The notes under the pieces are model-generated. The model searched no databases and was not told the origin of the DNA. It saw only the letters and a list, made by a program, of their open reading frames with translations. This document shows positions 1-9,530 of a stretch of DNA of 32,000 bases, piece after piece. The first letter of the stretch is position 1, and every line of letters begins with the position of its first letter. Position numbers and translations under genes: made by a program. The stretch is from contig JAYMFZ010000004.1 of NCBI GenBank assembly GCA_040989845.1, forward strand, positions 2,656,824 to 2,688,823, read 5' to 3'. This stretch comes from Streptomyces sp. WGS_02. GTDB taxonomy: Bacteria; Actinomycetota; Actinomycetes; Streptomycetales; Streptomycetaceae.

Positions 1-1925
1 AGGGCGCCGAGGGTGTAGTCGGCCCAGATCCGGGCCGGGAAGCCGCCGCCGTTGGCGCGGCCGGAGTTGGCCGTGCCGGTCAGGGAGACCTGCTTGCGGC
101 CGCCGTCGCCCTCGCCGAAGAGGGCCACGACCGTGGTCAGTTCCGGGGTGTACCCGGCGAACCAGGCGGACTTGTTGTCCTCGGAGGTGCCGGTCTTGCC
201 CGCCGCGTCGTAGGCGGAGGTGTTGGCCGCGGCGCCGGATCCGGCGTCGACGACCCCGGTGAGCGCCTTGGTCACGGTGTCGGCGGAGGCACGGCTGATG
301 GCCTGCTCCCGCTTGGGCTTCTCCGGGTTGACGGTGCGGTCGCGGTGCTCGGCGGACTGGAGGATGTGCGGGGTGACCTTCTGGCCGTGGTTGTCGAGCG
401 TGGCGTACGCGCCGGCCATGTCCCAGGTCGAGGCGTTCATGGTGCCGAGCGAGACGGCGGGGCGTTCGGGGAAGTTCTTGTCCGGTACGCCGAGGTCGAG
501 CGCCGTCTGCTTCGCGGCGGAGGGCGTCACGTCCACGATCATCTGCGCGAAGACGGAGTTGACCGAGCTGTTCATCGCCTTCTGGACGGAGATCGGACCG
601 TAGCTGCGGTCGTCCTCGTTCTGCGGGGCGAACGGGGTGTCGCTGCCGACGACGGGCCGCTTGCTGGTGCCGTCGTAGACCGTGTTCAGCCCGATGAGGC
701 TGCCGTCCTGGGTCGTCGACTCGTTCTCCAGGGCGGAGGCGAGCACCAGCGGCTTGAAGGTGGAGGCGGGCTGGTAGTCCTGGCGGGTGGCGTTGCTGAT
801 GTAGTGCTTGATGTAGTCCTCGCCGCCGTACAGCGCGACGACCTTGCCGGTCTTCGGGTCGACGGAGGTGGCGCCCGCCTGGACGCCCGCGTCGACCTTG
901 CTGCCCTTACGGTCGAGCTTGGACTCCAACTGGTCGTCGACCGCCTTCTCCAGCGCCTGCTGGCGCTTCTTGTCGACGGTGAGGGTGAAGGTCCAGCCGC
1001 CGGCCTCGCGGTCCTCGGCGGAGACGCCCTGCTTCTCCAGTTCCTTGTTGGCCGCCTCGACGAGATAGCCGGTCTGGCCCTCCATGCCCGCGGCCGGCTT
1101 CGGCTTCTGCGGAACGTCGAACTCCAGCTTCGCCTTCTCGGACTCGGTCAGCCAGTCCATCTCGACCATGTTGCGCAGGGTGTAGGCCCAGCGCTCCTTG
1201 ACCAGCTTCTTGCCGGTGGGGGTGGCGGACGCCCAGTCGTACTGGCTGGGGGCCTGGAGGAGGGAGGCGAGGTAGGCGCCCTGGGAGACGTTCAGGTCCT
1301 TGGCGTCGATGCCGTAGTAGGCCTGGGCGGCGGCCTGGATGCCGCTGGCACCGCGTCCGTAGTAGGCGGTGTTGATGTACCCGGCGAGGATCTCGTCCTT
1401 GGACAGCTGCTGGTCGATCTTGAGCGAGATCACCAGCTCCTTGAGCTTGCGGCTCACGGTGGGGTCCTGCGTCAGGTAGTAGTTCTTCACGTACTGCTGG
1501 GTGATGGTCGAGCCACCCTGCTTGCCCTTGCCGCTGACCGTGTTGAGGAGACCGCGGGTGGTGCCCTTCAGATCGACGCCCTGGTCCTTGTAGAAGGTCT
1601 TGTTCTCGGCGGCGACGAAGGCGTGCTGGACCTTCTTCGGCACCTCGTCCAGGTCGACGATCTGGCGGTTGACGCCCTTGCCGGTCCGGGCGAGGACCGT
1701 GCCGTCGCTGTACTGGTAGACGTTGCTCTGCCGCTCCGCCATGGCATTGGCGGCGGGGACGTCGACGTACAGGTAGAGGGCACCGAAGGCGCCCATGCCC
1801 AGCAGGACGATCCCGAAGAACGTGCCCAGCAGCTTCTTCCACGTGAAGAGTCTGCGTATGCCGCCGCTCTTCGCGGCCCGGCGCGACTCCTGCGCCAGGG
1901 CTCGTCGCGCATCCGCTCGACCCAT
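1..1925 (-). CDS. Class A penicillin-binding protein (transglycosylase/transpeptidase), C-terminus beyond the window edge
   Basis: Reverse-strand frame from ATG at 1925 is open to the edge (spot-checked at three places). It encodes KKLLGTFFGIVLLGMGAFGALYLYVDVP (TM), AAENKTFYKDQG / GGSTITQQYVKNYYL (GT51 motifs), PASTFKPLVLASAL, SVNSVFAQM and AAGKTGTSEDNKSAWFAGYTP (transpeptidase motifs). Confidence 0.95.
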   Translation of the reverse strand, partial: MGRADARRALAQESRRAAKSGGIRRLFTWKKLLGTFFGIVLLGMGAFGALYLYVDVPAANAMAERQSNVYQYSDGTVLARTGKGVNRQIVDLDEVPKKVQHAFVAAENKTFYKDQGVDLKGTTRGLLNTVSGKGKQGGSTITQQYVKNYYLTQDPTVSRKLKELVISLKIDQQLSKDEILAGYINTAYYGRGASGIQAAAQAYYGIDAKDLNVSQGAYLASLLQAPSQYDWASATPTGKKLVKERWAYTLRNMVEMDWLTESEKAKLEFDVPQKPKPAAGMEGQTGYLVEAANKELEKQGVSAEDREAGGWTFTLTVDKKRQQALEKAVDDQLESKLDRKGSKVDAGVQAGATSVDPKTGKVVALYGGEDYIKHYISNATRQDYQPASTFKPLVLASALENESTTQDGSLIGLNTVYDGTSKRPVVGSDTPFAPQNEDDRSYGPISVQKAMNSSVNSVFAQMIVDVTPSAAKQTALDLGVPDKNFPERPAVSLGTMNASTWDMAGAYATLDNHGQKVTPHILQSAEHRDRTVNPEKPKREQAISRASADTVTKALTGVVDAGSGAAANTSAYDAAGKTGTSEDNKSAWFAGYTPELTTVVALFGEGDGGRKQVSLTGTANSGRANGGGFPARIWADYTLGA

Positions 1926-2111
1926 TGGTGTGTTGCTCCCGCTTCTCTGCTCGGCCGGTTCGCTCGGTTTCCTCAGTTCGCTCAGACCTGCCAGCTAACA
2001 CCGACAGCAGGGACAAAAGACAAGCGATCCGGCCTTTTACGGACGTGAGAATCAGCACCCGCCTCTACAGGAACCGACTCCCCAGGGGTGGACAAGGTTG
2101 CGAGAACCGAT

Positions 2112-2151
2112 AATGTGTAATCACATTGCTGGCGCGGTGCGATACCGCGCC
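2112..2151. promoter_or_regulatory. Two adjacent palindromes in the divergent PBP / SPFH intergenic region
   Basis: AATGTG-taat-CACATT (2112-2127, perfect 6-bp arms) and GGCGCGGT-gcgat-ACCGCGCC (2131-2151, perfect 8-bp arms), ending 15 nt before ATG 2166. Confidence 0.5.
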
Positions 2152-2165
2152 GAACGGGGGATCCC

Positions 2166-3137
2166 ATGACCGGACAGCACGAGAACCACCACCCGGACGC
2201 CCCGGCGCCGGACCTCTCCATCGACGCTCCCGACATGCCCGAACCGCAGGTCAGGGAGGTCGTCGCGCACTCCATCCCGGGCGGCCTCGGGCTGCTGCTG
2301 ACCGTGCTCGGCGTCTTCGGCGGGATCGGCCTGGCCATCTTCGGCGGGGTGCTGGGCGCCAACGACGACAAGGCGGTCGGCATCCCGCTGCTCATCTTCG
2401 GGGTGCTCCTGGTACTCACCTCGTTCTTCTGCATGAGCGGTGTGAAGATGGTCGCTCCGGGCGAGGCCCGGGTGATCCAGCTCTTCGGCCGTTACGTCGG
2501 CACCATCCGCGCCGACGGGCTCCGCTGGATCAACCCGCTGACCTCCAGCCGCAAGATCTCCACCCGTGTCCGCAACCACGAGACCGCCGTCCTGAAGGTC
2601 AACGACGCCTACGGCAACCCGATCGAGCTGGCCGCGATCGTCGTCTGGAAGGTCGAGGACACCGCCCAGGCGCTCTTCGAGGTCGACGACTTCCTGGAGT
2701 TCGTCTCCACCCAGACCGAGGCGGCCGTCCGGCACATCGCCATCGAGTACCCGTACGACGCCCACGAGGAGGACGGCCTCTCGCTGCGCGGCAACGCGGA
2801 GGAGATCACCGAGAAGCTGGCCGCCGAGCTGACCGCCCGGGTGCAGGCCGCGGGCGTGCTGATCATCGAGTCGCGCTTCAGCCACCTCGCGTACGCCCCC
2901 GAGATCGCCTCCGCCATGCTCCAGCGCCAGCAGGCCGGCGCGGTCGTCGCGGCCCGCAAGCAGATCGTCGAGGGCGCGGTGGGCATGGTCGAGATGGCCC
3001 TGCACCGGATCGCCGAGCAGGACATCGTGGAGCTGGACTCCGAGCGGAAGGCGGCCATGGTCAGCAACCTCATGGTGGTGCTGTGCGGTGACCGCAGCGC
3101 CCAGCCAGTCCTCAACACGGGCACCCTCTACCAGTGA
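2166..3137 (+). CDS. SPFH/Band 7 domain membrane protein
   Basis: ORF with two N-terminal hydrophobic segments, then [45 protein letters not shown] and [59 protein letters not shown], typical of SPFH proteins. Confidence 0.93.
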   Translation: MTGQHENHHPDAPAPDLSIDAPDMPEPQVREVVAHSIPGGLGLLLTVLGVFGGIGLAIFGGVLGANDDKAVGIPLLIFGVLLVLTSFFCMSGVKMVAPGEARVIQLFGRYVGTIRADGLRWINPLTSSRKISTRVRNHETAVLKVNDAYGNPIELAAIVVWKVEDTAQALFEVDDFLEFVSTQTEAAVRHIAIEYPYDAHEEDGLSLRGNAEEITEKLAAELTARVQAAGVLIIESRFSHLAYAPEIASAMLQRQQAGAVVAARKQIVEGAVGMVEMALHRIAEQDIVELDSERKAAMVSNLMVVLCGDRSAQPVLNTGTLYQ

Positions 3138-3433
3138 CCGACCAGACGCCTCCCCGGCGGACGCCGGCGTCCCGGTCGCAGCAGCGCAAGCAGATGCTGC
3201 TGCGGCTGGACCCCGCGGTGCACGACGCACTCGCCCGCTGGGCCTCCGAGGAACTGCGCAGCGCCAACGCGCAGATCGAGTTCCTGCTGCGGCGGGCGCT
3301 CGCGGAGGCGGGCCGGCTGCCCGGGGCTGCGCGGCCGATCCCCCGGCGGGGGCGGCCACCAGCTCAGCCGCCCGATCAGCCACCGGAGGAGCCGGAGACC
3401 CCGCCCGGGACGGGCGGCCGGGACGCCCCGTAG
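3134..3433 (+). CDS. Small Arc/ribbon-helix-helix-like protein, translationally coupled to the SPFH gene
   Basis: GTGA overlap with upstream stop. RKQMLLRLDPAVHDALARWASEELRSANAQIEFLLRRALAEAG resembles an RHH fold; Pro-rich C-terminus. Confidence 0.75.
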   Translation: MTDQTPPRRTPASRSQQRKQMLLRLDPAVHDALARWASEELRSANAQIEFLLRRALAEAGRLPGAARPIPRRGRPPAQPPDQPPEEPETPPGTGGRDAP

Positions 3434-3504
3434 CACCGCACCCCCGGCACGTACCGACACAGCGACCCCGGCCCGCCCATGGGCCGGGGTCGCCTTTCGG
3501 ACGC

Positions 3505-3534
3505 GTATACATCGGGGGTATACACGCCGTGTAC
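3505..3534. promoter_or_regulatory. Putative operator: GTATAC / GTATAC / GTGTAC series ahead of the padR-like gene
   Basis: GTATAC at 3505 and 3518, GTGTAC at 3529, all within 11-40 nt of ATG 3545. Confidence 0.4.
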
Positions 3535-3544
3535 AGTGCTCCTC

Positions 3545-4069
3545 ATGTCTATCGGTCACACCCTCCTCGGGCTCCTGGAGTCCGGCCCCCGGCACGGCTA
3601 CGACCTGAAGCGGACCTTCGACGAGAAGTTCGGCCAAGACCGCCCGCTGCACTACGGCCAGGTCTACTCGACGATGTCCCGGCTCCTGAAGAACGGACTC
3701 GTCGAGGTCGACGGCGTCGAGAGCGAAGGAGGCCCCGAGCGCAAGCGGTACGCCATCACCGACGCCGGGATCACCGATGTCTCGCAGTGGCTGGCGCAGC
3801 CCGAGAAGCCGGAGCCCTACCTCCAGTCGACGCTCTACACCAAGGTCGTCCTCGCGCTGCTGACCGACCGCAGCGCGGCTGGCCTGCTGGACACCCAGCG
3901 CTCGGCCCATCTGCGGATGATGCGCATCCTCACCGACCGCAAGCGCCAGGGCGACCTCGCCGACCAGTTGATCTGCGACCACGCCCTCTTCCACCTCGAA
4001 GCCGATCTGCGCTGGCTGGAACTGACCGCCGCCCGCCTCGACCAGCTCGCCAAGGTGGTGGCTCCGTGA
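3545..4069 (+). CDS. PadR family transcriptional regulator
   Basis: MSIGHTLLGLLESGPRHGYDLKRTFDEKF...LHYGQVYSTMSRLLKNGLVEVDG...ERKRYAITDAG is a PadR winged helix. Internal ATG at 3545 preferred over the ORF-track start at 3479. Confidence 0.93.
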   Translation: MSIGHTLLGLLESGPRHGYDLKRTFDEKFGQDRPLHYGQVYSTMSRLLKNGLVEVDGVESEGGPERKRYAITDAGITDVSQWLAQPEKPEPYLQSTLYTKVVLALLTDRSAAGLLDTQRSAHLRMMRILTDRKRQGDLADQLICDHALFHLEADLRWLELTAARLDQLAKVVAP

Positions 4070-4752
4070 TTCCCGAAGGCTCCCTGCTCGCCGCGCACGA
4101 TCTGCGCAAGACCTACGGTTCGACGCCCGCCCTGGACGGCGCGTCGTTCTCCGTGCACCCCGGCGAGGTCGTCGCCGTCATGGGCCCGTCCGGCTCCGGC
4201 AAGTCGACCCTGCTGCACTGTCTGGCCGGGATCATCACACCCGACTCCGGCACCATCACCTACGCGGGCCGCGAGCTGTCCGCGATGTCCGACGCCGAGC
4301 GCAGCGCCCTGCGCCGCAGCGACTTCGGCTTCGTCTTCCAGTTCGGCCAGCTCGTCCCCGAGCTGACCTGCGTGGAGAACGTCGCCCTGCCGCTGCGGCT
4401 CAACGGCGTGAAGCGCAAGGCCGCCGAGCGCACCGCACGCGCGTGGATGGAGCGCCTGGAGGTCGACGACCTCGGCTCCCAGCGCCCCGGCGAGGTCTCC
4501 GGCGGGCAGGGCCAGCGGGTCGCCGTGGCCCGTGCGCTGGCGGCGTCGCCGAAGGTGATCTTCGCCGACGAGCCGACCGGCGCGCTGGACTCGCTCAACG
4601 GCGAGCGGGTGATGGAGCTGCTCACCGAGGCCGCCCGGTCCGCCAACGTGGCCGTGGTCCTGGTGACCCACGAAGCCCGGGTCGCCGCCTACTCCGACCG
4701 TGACGTCACCGTGCGCGACGGCCGGGCCCGGGATCTGGAGCACGCGGTATGA
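4066..4752 (+). CDS. ABC transporter ATP-binding protein (MacB/LolD-like)
   Basis: Walker A GPSGSGKSTLL, signature SGGQGQRVAVARAL, Walker B KVIFADEPTGALD. GTG at 4066 overlaps the padR stop. Confidence 0.96.
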   Translation: MIPEGSLLAAHDLRKTYGSTPALDGASFSVHPGEVVAVMGPSGSGKSTLLHCLAGIITPDSGTITYAGRELSAMSDAERSALRRSDFGFVFQFGQLVPELTCVENVALPLRLNGVKRKAAERTARAWMERLEVDDLGSQRPGEVSGGQGQRVAVARALAASPKVIFADEPTGALDSLNGERVMELLTEAARSANVAVVLVTHEARVAAYSDRDVTVRDGRARDLEHAV

Positions 4753-7147
4753 CGCTGCTCGACTCCCGTACGGCACCGCCCGCCGCACCGGAGAGCCCGC
4801 AGCCGCCCTCGCGCGGCGCGGCGGTCCTCCGCGACCTCGGCCTCGGCGTCCGGTTCGCCGCCGCCGGTGGCCGCGAGGGCTGGATCCGTACGCTACTGAC
4901 CGCCGTCGGCGTCGGCCTCGGTGTGGCGCTGCTGCTGCTCGCCTCCTCCGTACCGCATCTGCTCGACGAACGCGGCGCACGCGAGGCCGCCCGCAGCGAG
5001 ACCCGGATCTCCGACTCACCCGACACGAACGCCGCGACGTCGGACAGCTCGGTGGTGCGCATCAACGCCACGTCCGAGTACCGGGACCGGACGGTCGCCG
5101 GGTATCTGATGCGCGCGGACGGTTCGGCGCCGGTCCTGCCGCCGGGGGTCGACCGCTTCCCGGCGGCGGACACCATGGTGGTCTCCCCCGCGCTGAAGGA
5201 GCTGCTGAGCAACCCGGGCAACGAGCTGCTGCGCGAGCGGCTGCCGTACGAGATCACCGGCACGATCGGGGACGCCGGGCTGCGCTCCCCCAACGAACTC
5301 CTCTACTACGCGGGCAGCGACACCCTGACGCCCGCGAAGGGCGGTCACCGCATCGGCGGGTACGGGGACTCCCGCGAGGGCGATCCCCTGCCGCCGCTGC
5401 TGATCGTGCTCGTCGTCATGGTCTGCGTCGTGCTGCTGGTGCCGGTGGCGATCTTCATCGCCACCGCCGTGCGCTTCGGCGGCGACCGCCGCGACCGCCG
5501 GCTGGCCGCGCTGCGCCTGGTCGGTGCGGACATCCGGACGACCCGGCGGATCGCCGCCGGGGAGGCGATGTTCGGCGCGCTGCTCGGGCTGCTGATCGGT
5601 CTGGCGTTCTTCCTGGTGGGCCGGTTGTTCGTCGGCGCGGTGGAGATCTGGGACGTCAGCGCGTTCCCCGCCGACCTGGTCCCCGACCCCCGGCTCGCCC
5701 TCCTCATCGTGGTGGCGGTGCCCCTGACCGCCGTCCTCGTCACCCTGGTCGCGATGCGGTCCGTGGTGATCGAGCCGCTCGGCGTCGTACGCCGGGGCCG
5801 CGAGCGGGGCCGCCGGCTCCGGTGGCGGCTGCTGATGCCCGCGGCCGGACTCGCGGTGCTCGCCGTGACGGGCCGCACCAACGGGTACGAGCCGGTGAAC
5901 CCCTTCGCCATAGCCTCGGGCGCGGTCCTGGTGCTGGTCGGCCTCGCACTGCTGCTGCCCTGGCTGGTCGAGGCCTGTGTGAACCGGCTGCGCGGCGGCC
6001 CGGTGCCCTGGCAGCTCGCCACCCGCCGGCTCCAGTTGAGCAGCGGGGCCGCGTCCCGCGCGGTCAGCGGGGTGACGGTCGCGGTGGCCGGGGCGATCGC
6101 CCTGCAGATGCTGTTCGCCGCGATGAACGCCGACTTCCACCGGGTGACCGGCCAGGACCCCTCGCGGGCCCAGTTCGCCGCGTACTCCGAGGACGTCACC
6201 GGCGAGGCGGCCACCTCGGCCATCGAACAGTTCCGTGCCACCCGGGGCGTGGACGTGGTGATCGGATCGGTGGAGGCGTACGCGACCAAGCCCGGGAACT
6301 ACACGGACGACGAGATCCAGCCCACCACCTCGCTGACCGTCGGCACCTGCGCGACCCTGCGCGAACTGGCCCGGATCGACCGGTGCGAGGACGGCGACGC
6401 CTTCGTCGTCCACCCCCGAACAACAAGGACCAGGCGGGCTGGGTGGACCGGACCGCACGCAAGGGCGAGACCGTCCTGATCGGCGAGGGCATGGGCCGCA
6501 AGCCGTTCCGGTGGACGCTGCCGGCCGACGCGCCGACCGTGACCGGCCGCAAGGACCCCATGGGCGAGGTGCACTGGGGAATCATGGCGACCACGGGCGC
6601 GCTGGACGCGGGCAAGCTGCCCGGCGCCACGATCGTCGCCCAGATCCGGGTCGACGAGAGCGTGCCGGACGTCGCCGAGCACGTACGCAACACGGCGGTC
6701 GGGATCGACCCCGGGATGCGCTTCAGCGAGCTGAACCCGGTGGCGCGCGACCGTCAGTACGACAGCGTGCAGACCGGCCTCCAGGTCGGCGCGACCGTGG
6801 TGCTGCTGCTGATCGCCGCGTCGATGCTGGTCTCCCAGCTGGAGCAGTTGCGTGAGCGCAGGCGGCTGCTGTCGGTGCTGGTCGCCTTCGGCACCCGGCG
6901 CTCCACGCTCGGCTGGTCGGTGCTGTGGCAGACCGCCGTGCCGGTGGCGCTCGGACTGGTGGTCGCGGTCGCGGGCGGCCTGGGGCTCGGCGGGACGCTC
7001 GCCTGGATGATCAGCAAGTCGGTGGCCGACTGGTGGCTGTTCTGGCCGATGGTGGGCGCCGGGGGCGCGCTGATCGCACTGGTGACGCTGCTGTCGCTGC
7101 CGCCGCTGTGGCGGCTGATGCGCCCGGAGGGGCTGCGCACCGAGTGA
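4749..7147 (+). CDS. FtsX-like ABC transporter permease, interrupted by an apparent -1 frameshift near 6413-6417
   Basis: Frame from 4749 encodes TM segments and NADFHRVTGQDPSRAQFAAYSEDV...CEDGDAFVVH. The C-terminal half (NNKDQAGWVDRTARKGETVL...QLEQLRERRRLLSVLVAFGTRRSTLGWSVLWQTAVP...) continues in another frame to 7147. Overlaps the ATPase stop at its 5' end. Confidence 0.9.
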
Positions 7148-7161
7148 CCTCCGCGTGATCC

Positions 7162-7206
7162 GTGTACGGCCGGGGCTCCTGAGGACGGGAGCCCCGGCCG
7201 TGTACG
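7162..7206. terminator. Bidirectional intrinsic terminator-like hairpin between the permease and oxyR ends
   Basis: CGGCCGGGGCTCC ... GGAGCCCCGGCCG, 13-bp perfect stem (7167-7179 / 7188-7200), in a convergent intergenic region. Confidence 0.8.
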
Positions 7207-7208
7207 TC

Positions 7209-8200
7209 TCAGTCCTGGTCGGGGCGGTCCACCGGCCGCACCGGCAGCGGCTTCATCGCCTCGCGCAGGGCGGCCGCGAACTCCTCGAACTCGCCGCCCC
7301 GCGCCGACCCGGTCCGCATCGCCAGCGCCAACCGCCGGGTGGGCGCCGGGTCCGCGAAGTACCCGGTGGCCAGCGCGTCGTTGCGGCCGGTCTCCACCGT
7401 CACGGCGGTGCGCGGCAGCAGGGTCACGCCGAGCCCGCCGGCGACCAGTTGCACGAGGGTGGAGAGCCCGGCGGCGGTCGTGGTGACCGGCGCGCCCCGG
7501 GTGCGGCCGGCCTCGCGGCAGATGTCCAGGGCCTGGTCGCGCAGGCAGTGCCCCTCGTCCAGGAGCAGCAGCGGCAGTTCGCGCAGCGCGTCCCGGGGAT
7601 GTCCGCGCGGCCGCCGAGCCAGTGGTCCTGCTCCATGACCAGCACGAAGTCCTCGTCGAAGAGCGGGATCTCGGTGACGCCCGGCACTCCGAGCGGCACG
7701 GCGAGCAGCAGCAGGTCCAGACGCCCGGCGGCGAGCCCTTCGAGCAGCGAGGAGGTCTGCTCCTCGTGGACCTGGAGGTCGAGGTCCGGGTACCGCTCGT
7801 GGACGAGGCGGAGCACGGTGGGCAGGAGATACGGGGCGACGGTCGGGATCACGCCGAGCCGGAGGACTCCGGTGAACGGGGCCCGGACCGCCTCCGCCTC
7901 CTCCATCAGCGCGGCGACGGCCTCCAGGACCGCCCCGGCCCGCACCGCGAGCCGCTCCCCCGCGGGCGAGAGCAGCACCTTGCGCGTCGTACGCTCGATG
8001 AGCTGGACACCCAGTGCCTCCTCCAGGGTGGACACCGCTCCGGAGAGTGCCGGCTGACTCATCCCGATTGCTGCCGCCGCGTCCCGGAAGTGCAGATGTT
8101 CCGCCACGGCCGTGAAGGCCCGCAGCTGGGACAGGCTGGGCTGCTTGACGGGTGACTTAACGGACTGCTTGGGGCGTACGCCCTGATTCACCTGGGTCAC
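7209..8200 (-). CDS. oxyR: LysR-family hydrogen peroxide regulator OxyR, interrupted by an apparent frameshift near 7592-7598
   Basis: QPSLSQLRAFTAVAEHLHFRDAAAAIGMSQPALSGAVSTLEEALGVQLIERTTRKVLLSPAG; divergent from ahpCD. The C-terminus (QLVAGGLGVTLLPRTAV...) is in a different frame. Start chosen as GTG at 8200 (GTG at 8191 also possible). Confidence 0.9.
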
Positions 8201-8333
8201 TGATAGGTACCTCCGATCATCCGGACCGAGTGTAGCTATTTCTGTGATCAATGCACTCTGTGCCAGGGTGGGAGCCGTCCAACCCTCAGGAAGACCCCCA
8301 AAAAGGGAATTCCAGACGTTGCAAGGAGAGCGC
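8201..8333. promoter_or_regulatory. oxyR-ahpC divergent control region
   Basis: Intergenic segment with ATAG (8203-8206) and CTAT (8236-8239) elements and AT-rich ctatttctgtgatca. OxyR-type control inferred from gene context. Confidence 0.5.
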
Positions 8334-8888
8334 GTGCTCACTGTCGGTGACAAGTTCCCCGAGTTCGACCTGACTGCTTGTGTCTCGCTGGAGAGCGGCA
8401 AGGAGTTCGAGCAGATCAACCACAAGACCTACGAGGGCAAGTGGAAGATCGTCTTCGCGTGGCCGAAGGACTTCACCTTCGTGTGCCCGACGGAGATCGC
8501 CGCCTTCGGCAAGCTGAACGAGGAGTTCGCCGACCGCGACGCGCAGATCCTCGGCTTCTCCGGTGACTCCGAGTTCGTGCACCACGCCTGGCGCAAGGAC
8601 CACCCGGACCTGACCGACCTGCCTTTCCCGATGCTGGCCGACTCGAAGCACGAGCTCATGCGTGACCTCGGCATCGAGGGCGAGGACGGCTTCGCCCAGC
8701 GCGCCGTCTTCATCGTCGACCAGAACAACGAGATCCAGTTCACGATGGTGACCGCCGGTTCCGTGGGCCGTAACCCCAAGGAGGTCCTGCGGGTCCTCGA
8801 CGCCCTGCAGACCGACGAGCTGTGCCCGTGCAACTGGACCAAGGGCGAGAACACCCTCGACCCGGTCGCGCTCCTCTCGGGCGAGTGA
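8334..8888 (+). CDS. ahpC: Peroxiredoxin AhpC
   Basis: VGDKFPEFDLTACV...VFAWPKDFTFVCPTEIAAFGKL (peroxidatic Cys) and DELCPCNW (resolving Cys). GTG start at 8334 preceded by aaggagag. Confidence 0.97.
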   Translation: MLTVGDKFPEFDLTACVSLESGKEFEQINHKTYEGKWKIVFAWPKDFTFVCPTEIAAFGKLNEEFADRDAQILGFSGDSEFVHHAWRKDHPDLTDLPFPMLADSKHELMRDLGIEGEDGFAQRAVFIVDQNNEIQFTMVTAGSVGRNPKEVLRVLDALQTDELCPCNWTKGENTLDPVALLSGE

Positions 8889-8900
8889 GCTGATACCGAC

Positions 8901-9434
8901 ATGGCTCTCGACGAACTGAAGTCCGCCGTACCGGACTTCGCCAAGGACCTGAAGCTGAACCTCGGTTCGGTCATCGGCAACAGCGACCTCCCGCAGCAGC
9001 AGCTGTGGGGCACCGTGCTGGCCTGCGCGATCGCCTCGCGATCGCCGAAGGTGCTGCGCGAGCTGGAGCCCGAGGCGAAGGCCAACCTCTCCGCCGAGGC
9101 GTACACCGCGGCGAAGTCGGCCGCCGCGGTCATGGCGATGAACAACGTCTTCTACCGGACCCGGCACCTGCTGTCGGACCCGGAGTACGGCACGCTCCGC
9201 GCGGGCCTGCGGATGAACGTCATCGGCAACCCGGGCGTGGAGAAGATCGACTTCGAGCTGTGGTCGCTCGCCGTCTCCGCGATCAACGGCTGCGGCCAGT
9301 GCCTGGACTCGCACGAGCAGGTGCTCCGCAAGGCCGGCGTGGACCGCGAGACCATCCAGGAAGCCGTCAAGATCGCTTCGGTGATCCAGGCGGTCGGTGT
9401 GACCCTCGACGCCGAGGCCGTACTCGCCGAGTAG
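8901..9434 (+). CDS. ahpD: Alkyl hydroperoxide reductase AhpD
   Basis: AhpD-like 177-aa protein with [16 protein letters not shown] (CxxC...H); directly follows ahpC. Confidence 0.96.
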   Translation: MALDELKSAVPDFAKDLKLNLGSVIGNSDLPQQQLWGTVLACAIASRSPKVLRELEPEAKANLSAEAYTAAKSAAAVMAMNNVFYRTRHLLSDPEYGTLRAGLRMNVIGNPGVEKIDFELWSLAVSAINGCGQCLDSHEQVLRKAGVDRETIQEAVKIASVIQAVGVTLDAEAVLAE

Positions 9435-9472
9435 TGACACCGCACCACCCCTGACCCACCTGGGTACGAGAG

Positions 9473-9506
9473 GAGCCCCGGGGACGAGAGACCGTCCCCG
9501 GGGCTC
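9473..9506. terminator. Bidirectional terminator hairpin between ahpD and the AI-2E transporter
   Basis: GAGCCCCGGGGAC (9473-9485) / GTCCCCGGGGCTC (9494-9506), 13-bp perfect stem with 8-nt loop. Confidence 0.85.
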
Positions 9507-9530
9507 TTCCGCGTGTTCCGTGCCGCTCCG

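Noticed and set aside
345-2048. 567-aa plus-strand ORF
   Set aside because: Antisense of the penicillin-binding protein, which has GT51 and transpeptidase motifs in the minus frame.
907-2058. 383-aa minus-strand ORF as the real PBP
   Set aside because: Wrong frame. The frame starting at 1925 carries all the PBP motifs and is open to the window edge.
3134-3433. Toxin-antitoxin system based on the RHH-like protein
   Set aside because: No toxin-like partner next to it; the neighbour is an SPFH protein and the next gene is a PadR regulator.
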